A DNA stretch of 31,413 nucleotides, taken from positions 1-31,413 of the IMG/VR virus record IMGVR_UViG_3300025575_000036; one strand, 5' to 3'. Every line of letters begins with the position of its first letter. Position 1 is the stretch's first letter. The DNA comes from a virus. Lineage: Duplodnaviria; Caudoviricetes. The notes under the pieces were generated by a model. That model saw nothing but the letters and a program-made list of their open reading frames with translations. It was not told the DNA's origin and did no database searches. Positions 24,836 to 31,413 of the stretch are shown one piece after another. The translations under genes were made by a program, and so were the position numbers.

Positions 24836-26590
24836 ATGGCAGTAAACTTTTCACATAAAAAGAATGGAAATCAAAATCAAACTCAAATAAACGGTGATAG
24901 CCCAGATAGTCATAGTGTAGTTAAACAAGGTGGAGTTGAGAATCCAAAAGAGTGGGAGAAATTGATCAGTTTTTATAGAAGCCACTTGGATATTTTTATA
25001 GAAAGCTATTTTTCAACGCCAGAAAGACCTGTTGAATTTAAGGATGTTCAAAAAATTGTTGTAAGAAACTGTGGAAATTGCACCAATGTAATTGATATAG
25101 AATCTCGTTCTTTTGGTAAGACATGGAAAATGGCATGGATACTAAGTGCATTAGCAATTTTGTATAGTGATAACAGAATTTTGGTGGTCTCCGGAAACGT
25201 GAGCCAAGCTATGTTAGTGGCAAATTATATTAGAGATATCGCTGCTAAAAATGTTAATTTTGCGAGAGAAATAAACTTGCCTGTAAAAATAAGTAAGGAT
25301 GGAGCAACAGTTAATTTCAAAAATAATTCTACTATAATATGCAAAGCAATGGAAAAAGATGGAAGTAACATTGTAGGTTTGAGAGAGAAAATTATCTACA
25401 TTGATGAAAGTTGGATAATAAAGTCTAAAGTAATACAAAAGGCATTACGTCCAATGTTATCGTATACTAGAGATGTTGCTAGAGAACAGAAATTTGAAGA
25501 TTTTGATTCAAAGTTATTTGAAACATCCTCTGCATATTTAAAAACGTGTGATTTATATGCAAGATTCGTAAGTGCTATTGATGATATGAAAAAAGGCAAT
25601 ATGAATAAGTTTGTATGTGCTTTAGATTATGAAGCAGGAATTAGAACTGGTATTATCAAGAAAGAATTTGTAGCAGAAGAAAAGGGTAATATGCTTGAAA
25701 GTGTATTTAGCATGGAATGGGGGGCTACCTTCATAGGAAATCAAAATGGTTCATTTTTTCCGTACGATCTGACTGAGCCTTGTAGAGATATTAAATTCAT
25801 AGAATTAAAACAACCTTCTCGTTCAAAATCAAGATATATATTATCCCTAGACGTGGCAACTTCTGAAGCCGATGGAGCCGATAATGCGAGTTTAATGGTA
25901 ATAAAATTCATTGAAAAGAATGATGGCACATTTCATAAATATGTTGTTTACATGGTAACATTTCATGGATATGCACAAGAAAAACTTGCAGAAGAAGTAA
26001 GAAAAGCTTGCCTTAGATTTCCTAATATAGAGTCTACCATAATAGACGGAAACGCTATAGGTGAAGGTGTCGTAAGTTTATTAAATTTCCCTTATGTATG
26101 TGAAGGAGTAGAATATAAACCATTTGTAAGAGACGATATTGGATATACAGGCAATAATGCGATTCCTATTGTTAGGTTCTTTCGTGGAAGCAATGATATC
26201 AATAATAGAATGATTGCCAAAACTAAATTATATTTTGAAAATGGAACGCTACACATTCCTATTCCTTCTTCTGAAGCAAGAAGGTTACAACAAGATACTC
26301 ATGATAATTCAAGCAAAGCTGATAAATTAAAACCAAGAGAATTATTACTTGAAGAGTTAGCAGTATATTTTGAAGCTGATAAACTACAATTTGAATCTAG
26401 TACGATTGTACCTAAACTTACCACGAAAGGTAACACTTTTTATGATACAGCATTAACTACTCAACATAAAGATCGTTGCTCATCACTTTGGATGGCTATG
26501 GATTATATATCACAATTAGAAGATATAAACAGAGAAAATTATAATAACGGCAATGGTGATTCATGTTGGGGAAAAGCATCTAAATTTTAA
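24836..26590 (+). CDS. terL: Terminase large subunit (YonF-like)
   Basis: SRSFGKT Walker A, IYIDES Walker B, SLDVA and HKDR RNase H-like nuclease motifs. Confidence 0.92.
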   Translation: MAVNFSHKKNGNQNQTQINGDSPDSHSVVKQGGVENPKEWEKLISFYRSHLDIFIESYFSTPERPVEFKDVQKIVVRNCGNCTNVIDIESRSFGKTWKMAWILSALAILYSDNRILVVSGNVSQAMLVANYIRDIAAKNVNFAREINLPVKISKDGATVNFKNNSTIICKAMEKDGSNIVGLREKIIYIDESWIIKSKVIQKALRPMLSYTRDVAREQKFEDFDSKLFETSSAYLKTCDLYARFVSAIDDMKKGNMNKFVCALDYEAGIRTGIIKKEFVAEEKGNMLESVFSMEWGATFIGNQNGSFFPYDLTEPCRDIKFIELKQPSRSKSRYILSLDVATSEADGADNASLMVIKFIEKNDGTFHKYVVYMVTFHGYAQEKLAEEVRKACLRFPNIESTIIDGNAIGEGVVSLLNFPYVCEGVEYKPFVRDDIGYTGNNAIPIVRFFRGSNDINNRMIAKTKLYFENGTLHIPIPSSEARRLQQDTHDNSSKADKLKPRELLLEELAVYFEADKLQFESSTIVPKLTTKGNTFYDTALTTQHKDRCSSLWMAMDYISQLEDINRENYNNGNGDSCWGKASKF

Positions 26591-26617
26591 CAACAATTAA
26601 ATAGAGGAGGTGAATAT

Positions 26618-28135
26618 ATGTCTAGAACTAAAAGAAGAAAGCAAATATCAACTATCACAGCTAACAAATTATCAGAAGATAAGCCATATTCATTTGGTGC
26701 TAATCCTCAAGCCTCTAATGGAAATACTATGGGTATCAGTACATTTGAAAATAGAACTTTTAATACACAAGGTTGCTTAAAGGGCTATGATACAGATAAA
26801 CTATTAATGAATAAAGAAGTGAATATAAATCGTATTTTTGAATTATGTACTTATTATTATTCATCTGAACCACTCTTAAGCAATAGTGTAAATAATGTTT
26901 TAATCCCATTTAGTATGTCTGGTTGGAAACTACAAGGAGCTAGTGAAGTTGTCAAGAAAAAATACATGGATTTCTATAATGAAATTGATTTGAATTGTTT
27001 GATACGTGATGGTTTCTATGATTTTTATGTTTATCAAAATGTATTTGGATATAAAAGGGATGGGTGGATGGATATATTTGCACCTTGGAGAATTAGGATA
27101 GCAAGTATATCCCAAAATGGAAATCCGATATTGGAGTTTTGTGTAACAGAAATGCTTAATAGAAATTATACAACTGCGAGTGAAAGTTTTTTAGATACCC
27201 TAGCTCTTTCATATACCGGATATCCTAAAGAAGTCATAGAAGGCATTCATAAAGGTCAATGCTACATCCAATTAGATCCCACTCGTACATTTTGTATTCA
27301 ATCAACTAAATCAAGATGGGAAAAATTTTCTACCCCTATAATCTGTGAAGCTCTAAAGCCTTTAGGTAAGAAACAGTTGATTTCTGATTTTGAAAATTCA
27401 CAGCTTCTAAATGGAGCTAAGAGCTTCCTAGAAGTAAGAGTAGGTTCAAAAGATAATAAAAAAACTGTTAACAGTAATGATCTTGATGCAGTTGAAGGAA
27501 TATACAAGCAGGCTTTAAATAATTTTCCACTTGCAACAGTTTCTTGGGAAGTTAATTCTGAATGGAAAAACTTGGATACTAAAACTTTATTTGATCAAAA
27601 TAAATATTTAGCTTGTAATACAGAAATTTTAAGTGCCATAGGAATTTCAAATGCTATTGTAACAGGTGACGGTGGTTCAGGATCATATGCGCAAGCATCC
27701 CTAAATTTATCTACTTTGGCTAAAAGAATTGAAGATGCTCAGGCTAAATTTGCTGAATTTGTGAATAAGTTAAATAAAGAGAAAGCAATAGAATGGCGTA
27801 TAGCTGAAAATCGGATACCTCAATTCGTATTTTCTCCATTAAATCTACAAACAGATAAAGATTTTAGAGATGAAGTTATGAAAATTTATGCTCAAGGATT
27901 ATTATCAAAAGAAACGGTTTTGACTACCTTGGATTATTGTTTCGAGGAAGAAAAATCTAAGAAAGAAAAAGAGAATAAGGATGGTTTAGATGAGATATTT
28001 AAATTGCCACCTTCCCCAAATACACAAGCAGCAGGAGAAAATGGTGTAGGGGCTCCAGAAGGTAATCCTGCAATGGTTGACAAGAATAAGTCAGCTACTG
28101 GGAAACAACCCAAACCGGGAAACTCTAAAGCTTAG
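26618..28135 (+). CDS. Portal protein (YonE-like)
   Basis: Follows terL; 505 aa; ILSAIGIS...GSYA...GLLSKET portal-like C-terminal pattern. Confidence 0.82.
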   Translation: MSRTKRRKQISTITANKLSEDKPYSFGANPQASNGNTMGISTFENRTFNTQGCLKGYDTDKLLMNKEVNINRIFELCTYYYSSEPLLSNSVNNVLIPFSMSGWKLQGASEVVKKKYMDFYNEIDLNCLIRDGFYDFYVYQNVFGYKRDGWMDIFAPWRIRIASISQNGNPILEFCVTEMLNRNYTTASESFLDTLALSYTGYPKEVIEGIHKGQCYIQLDPTRTFCIQSTKSRWEKFSTPIICEALKPLGKKQLISDFENSQLLNGAKSFLEVRVGSKDNKKTVNSNDLDAVEGIYKQALNNFPLATVSWEVNSEWKNLDTKTLFDQNKYLACNTEILSAIGISNAIVTGDGGSGSYAQASLNLSTLAKRIEDAQAKFAEFVNKLNKEKAIEWRIAENRIPQFVFSPLNLQTDKDFRDEVMKIYAQGLLSKETVLTTLDYCFEEEKSKKEKENKDGLDEIFKLPPSPNTQAAGENGVGAPEGNPAMVDKNKSATGKQPKPGNSKA

Positions 28136-28157
28136 TATAATTAAATAATAATATTAC

Positions 28158-28186
28158 TAGACAATTAAGGGATAATATTATATAAT
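28158..28186 (+). promoter_or_regulatory. sigmaA promoter with the repeated motif as spacer
   Basis: TAGACA-N17(ATTAAGGGATAATATTA)-TATAAT; tandem motif copy at 28137-28156. Confidence 0.75.
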
Positions 28187-28356
28187 ATATGTACAGAGAA
28201 AATTTTAGTAACACCTCTGAAATATATAAATATAATACCAAATGGGATAGGAATGAATTAAAGTTGCAACTTTAATTGTTCTGATAAACAAAGTTTTCCG
28301 AGCTTCTGCTTCCTAATTTACATAATCGGATAATAATTACTACGGAGGTAATAAAA

Positions 28357-29709
28357 ATGTTAATAACTGAGGAAGTTGAAATAGGCTTAAAGCCACAAAC
28401 AATTAAATATTACGAAGATTTAGGGTACATAATACCCAGAGAAAAAGATAAATGGGACAGACTAAGAGTTCCAAGAGGGACTAAAATAATTGTCAAAGTT
28501 AAGGATTTATCTATATGCAGCAAAGCAGAAATAAAAATAAAGTGTGATGGATTTTGTAATAAAACGATACCCGCTAAATATGCTGACTACAAGAAGTGTG
28601 TTCATTCAGATGGTAAATATTATTGCCATTCCTGTGCTCATAAGTTATTTGCAGGAGAATCTATAAGAAAAGCATCACTAAAAAAGAGCATTACCTTTGA
28701 GGAATGGTGTTATATAAACTTAGAAGAGTCAGAAGCTAAAATACTGCTTTCCAGATGGAACTATGATTTAAATATATATAAACCAAATGAAATTAGTTTT
28801 AGTTCGTGTAAAAAGATGTGGTTTAATTGTGAGAGAGGAATTCATAAACCTGAACTAAAAGACATTCATAACTTTACTAGAAATGGTGAAACTAAAAGAA
28901 TGAGTTGTAATGTTTGTGATTCATTTGGACAATATTTGGTTGATACTTATGGTAAGGATGCTTTTGAAAAATACTGGGACTATGAAAAGAACATTGGTAT
29001 TGACGCTTGGAGTTTTGGTAAAAGTACAGATAAACAAAAGGTGTGGATAAAATGTCAAAATCCAGACAAACAATATCATGGAAGTTTTGAAGTTAATTGT
29101 AATAACTTTACTCTTCATAAAAGTAAATGTCCTTATTGTGATAACCATAAAACACACCCACTAGATAGTCTAGGAACATTATTTCCTCAAGTTTTAGAAA
29201 TATGGTCAGATAAAAATGAAAAATCTCCTTATGAATATTCCCCGAGTAGTAGTCAAGAAGTTTGGTGGAAGTGTCCAGATGGGAAACATGAAGATTTCCA
29301 AAGAGTAATCCACAAATCAAAAAGATTTGGATTTAGATGCCCTGAATGCTCTGTTGTTTCTGTAGGAGAATTAAAGATAACTGAATATCTAATAAATAAT
29401 AATATTCCATATATACCACAACAGAGTTTTAAAGAATTACTAGGAATTAATAAAGGAACACTTTCTTACGATTTTAATATAACTAACCGTAATATTTTTA
29501 TAGAATATCAAGGAATTCAACATTTTGAACCAGTTGAATATTTTGGAGGAGAAAAAGCCTTTAGAAAGCAATTACTAAATGACAAAATAAAAAGAGAATA
29601 TTGTATTCGAAATGATATAAAATTATTAGAAATATCTTATTTAAATTATGATAACATTGAAAGTATTTTAGATAAACAACTAAATATTTCAGTTCAAGAA
29701 GCTATTTAA
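28357..29709 (+). CDS. Putative homing endonuclease (zinc-ribbon repeats + Vsr/DUF2726-like nuclease)
   Basis: Repeated W...N....S...VW.KC...H...CPxC units; GE...LSYDF...IEYQGIQHF...NDKIKREYC. Confidence 0.78.
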   Translation: MLITEEVEIGLKPQTIKYYEDLGYIIPREKDKWDRLRVPRGTKIIVKVKDLSICSKAEIKIKCDGFCNKTIPAKYADYKKCVHSDGKYYCHSCAHKLFAGESIRKASLKKSITFEEWCYINLEESEAKILLSRWNYDLNIYKPNEISFSSCKKMWFNCERGIHKPELKDIHNFTRNGETKRMSCNVCDSFGQYLVDTYGKDAFEKYWDYEKNIGIDAWSFGKSTDKQKVWIKCQNPDKQYHGSFEVNCNNFTLHKSKCPYCDNHKTHPLDSLGTLFPQVLEIWSDKNEKSPYEYSPSSSQEVWWKCPDGKHEDFQRVIHKSKRFGFRCPECSVVSVGELKITEYLINNNIPYIPQQSFKELLGINKGTLSYDFNITNRNIFIEYQGIQHFEPVEYFGGEKAFRKQLLNDKIKREYCIRNDIKLLEISYLNYDNIESILDKQLNISVQEAI

Positions 29710-29726
29710 ATTATAGCTTCTTTTTA
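29696..29726 (+). terminator. Intrinsic terminator
   Basis: AAGAAGCTAT-N7-ATAGCTTCTT-TTT overlapping the endonuclease stop. Confidence 0.75.
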
Positions 29727-29755
29727 TTTATGCATTAAAGGAGGTGATATTCAAA

Positions 29756-30988
29756 ATGCAAGAAAAGATTCAATTCACATCAAAAGTAATATCTCTTGGT
29801 TCAGAAGAAAATAGTCTGTATATGGAATTATCTATGGTTTTTCTTGATGATATTCAAAACCTCAATGATATTAAATTTACTAAAAATTTTCTAACTGATG
29901 TGGAAATGAATAAAGATAAGTATATTGGCTTGCCATTAGTAGGTGACGTGAATGCTCTGACTAGTGGCAAATATCAAGGTTTAACACATTTATTCAATAA
30001 AAAAACAGGAGAATTCTTAACGCAAGCATTAGGAAGTTTTGTAGATTTTAAAACAGAACTCAATGATGGTGTTAATCAATTAATTGCAACTAGTCGTGTA
30101 TGGAAGAGATATCCAAAAGTATGTTTAGCTATGCAAGAACTATTCAATAGTGAGCAAGGACTTTCTTTCTCGTATGAAGTTTTAGTAGGCAAATACACTG
30201 TTGAAGATGGTTGCAAAATAATAGATAAAGATGATCTAAACACTATTGCAAGTAGCTGTGTCGTTTCTAATCCCGCAAATCCAGCCTCTATTGCCTTAAC
30301 ATTATGTGCCGCAGTAGAAGAAGATTTAAAGGATCAAGAGGATATTGCTCAAGAAATAGGAGATACTGCTTCAAAAAATAATAAAGAGATTCATGAGGAG
30401 GATAATACAATGGCAAAAACAGTCGCAGAATTAGAGGTAGAATTAGCTGCACAGAATTTATTCATTAAAGAAAAGGATGCAAAGTTAAAAGAAAAAGATG
30501 CAAAACTCAAGGAAAAAGATACAGAAATTGACACATCCAAGAAAGACGCAAAAGCTAAAGATGAAGAAGTAGCAGCAAAAGATAAAGAAGTAAAAACTAA
30601 GTGTGCAGAGATTGCAGAAATTAATGAGAAACTTACAACTTTATCTGCAAGCATACTAGAGAAGGATAAATTAATTGCTGAATTAGAGCCAATTAAGAAA
30701 GCATATGGGATAGCCGAAGCTGCAAAAGTTGCCGAAAAACTCGTAGCTGATAAAGTTGCTTTAAAAGAAAAATATTCTAAACTTTTAGATGAAAAAGTAA
30801 TGGCAGAAGTAGAAATTGCAGAGGCTTTGGATAAATTAGATGAAGCAAAACTTAATTCTAAAATAGTAGAACTAGCTATGGCAGCTGCAACAAAAGAGAC
30901 ACCAAAAGTTGAAGCAGGTTCCCGCATAACGGATTCTGTAAACATAGGCAAAAACGATCTTACTTCAAAATATATCACAATTCAATAA
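29756..30988 (+). CDS. Prohead protease/scaffold fusion (YonD-like)
   Basis: Globular N-domain with H, SFSYEV and NPA (HK97/herpes-type protease pattern) followed by an A/E/K coiled coil; position after portal; GGAGGTG RBS favours ATG 29756. Confidence 0.72.
   Translation: MQEKIQFTSKVISLGSEENSLYMELSMVFLDDIQNLNDIKFTKNFLTDVEMNKDKYIGLPLVGDVNALTSGKYQGLTHLFNKKTGEFLTQALGSFVDFKTELNDGVNQLIATSRVWKRYPKVCLAMQELFNSEQGLSFSYEVLVGKYTVEDGCKIIDKDDLNTIASSCVVSNPANPASIALTLCAAVEEDLKDQEDIAQEIGDTASKNNKEIHEEDNTMAKTVAELEVELAAQNLFIKEKDAKLKEKDAKLKEKDTEIDTSKKDAKAKDEEVAAKDKEVKTKCAEIAEINEKLTTLSASILEKDKLIAELEPIKKAYGIAEAAKVAEKLVADKVALKEKYSKLLDEKVMAEVEIAEALDKLDEAKLNSKIVELAMAAATKETPKVEAGSRITDSVNIGKNDLTSKYITIQ
30467..30520 (+). 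repeat. Imperfect 21-bp tandem repeat encoding KEKDAKL heptads
   Basis: KEKDAKL-KEKDAKL-KEKD in the coiled coil. Confidence 0.7.
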
Positions 30989-31023
30989 TAATAACTAAAA
31001 ATAAAAATTAGGAGGAATTAACA

Positions 31024-31413
31024 ATGGCTGGATTTGTAAAAATAGGTGACCACAGATATTTAGGAACAATAAAATTAGCAACATCTGTAACTGCGGGTGT
31101 GGAAAATGGCTCATTTGTAACAGTAAACTTCGCATTAGGAACTGCCGTACCATGTACTGCTAATACAGGAGTAGCTTACTTTGTAGAAAATGAAATAGAT
31201 TTAATTGAGGAAGATTATCTTAATGGTAATAACCTTGACTATGTAGTAAAACCTGGTAAATATCTTAAATTAAAAGCATTCAATCCAATGAATGTATTTG
31301 TAACTACTAAGGTAACTGGAACTGCGCCTGTAGTTGGAGATATCGTAGATGTAGGAACAACTGGGTTTATAACTAAAACTACTGGAACACCTGGACAAAC
31401 TTTCACAGTAATA
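31024..31413 (+). CDS. Virion head protein (decoration/cement-like), truncated by window edge
   Basis: Not in ORF track. AGGAGG RBS; MAGFVKIGDHRYLG...VENGSFV..., open to the window end; position after scaffold. Confidence 0.7.
   Translation, partial: MAGFVKIGDHRYLGTIKLATSVTAGVENGSFVTVNFALGTAVPCTANTGVAYFVENEIDLIEEDYLNGNNLDYVVKPGKYLKLKAFNPMNVFVTTKVTGTAPVVGDIVDVGTTGFITKTTGTPGQTFTVI

Larger units (their letters stand above)
1..31413. mobile_element. SPbeta-like temperate phage/prophage segment
   Basis: YonO RNAP - YonK-like - phosphoesterase - terminase - portal - protease synteny; no host housekeeping genes. Confidence 0.9.

Noticed and set aside
12161-29320. Numerous short minus-strand ORFs inside the long plus-strand genes
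   Set aside because: All antisense to well-supported genes, with no recognisable motifs.
30391-30978. 195-aa minus-strand ORF
   Set aside because: Antisense shadow of the A/E/K-rich scaffold; S/F/A-rich; no supporting context.
411-30996. Repeated motif as a CRISPR array
   Set aside because: Copies are dispersed, degenerate and promoter-associated; no regular spacers and no cas genes.

Overview
AT-rich segment of a large temperate phage or prophage of a clostridial-type spore former, organised like Bacillus phage SPbeta. No host genes or att site are visible. (1) 1-3630, minus strand: early-type small genes including ardA. (2) About 2000-5050: mostly non-coding, with DnaA boxes and an abrupt strand-composition switch. 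(3) 5068-11332: accessory cassette with ParM/ParR/parC-like partition genes, two SpoIIIAC/AD-like membrane proteins, a large structured non-coding element, a replication-relaxation-type nuclease, an FtsK/SpoIIIE ATPase and a membrane-anchored Mrr-like nuclease. Mother-cell sporulation (sigmaK/sigmaE-like) promoter motifs precede its units. (4) 11400-31413, plus strand: wHTH/replication-type genes, a homing-endonuclease-like gene, a YonO-like single-subunit RNA polymerase, beta-CASP nuclease, YonK-like protein, metallophosphoesterase, ClpP, a tRNA-like element, terminase, portal, a second endonuclease, prohead protease/scaffold and a truncated head gene. A 20-bp motif (ACAATTAAAGGATAATATTA-like, about 24 copies) marks phage intergenic regions, often filling sigmaA promoter spacers, but is absent from the cassette. 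The best candidate for a novel system is this sporulation-regulated DNA partition/translocation cassette. All protein assignments come from motif recognition by eye, not database searches.
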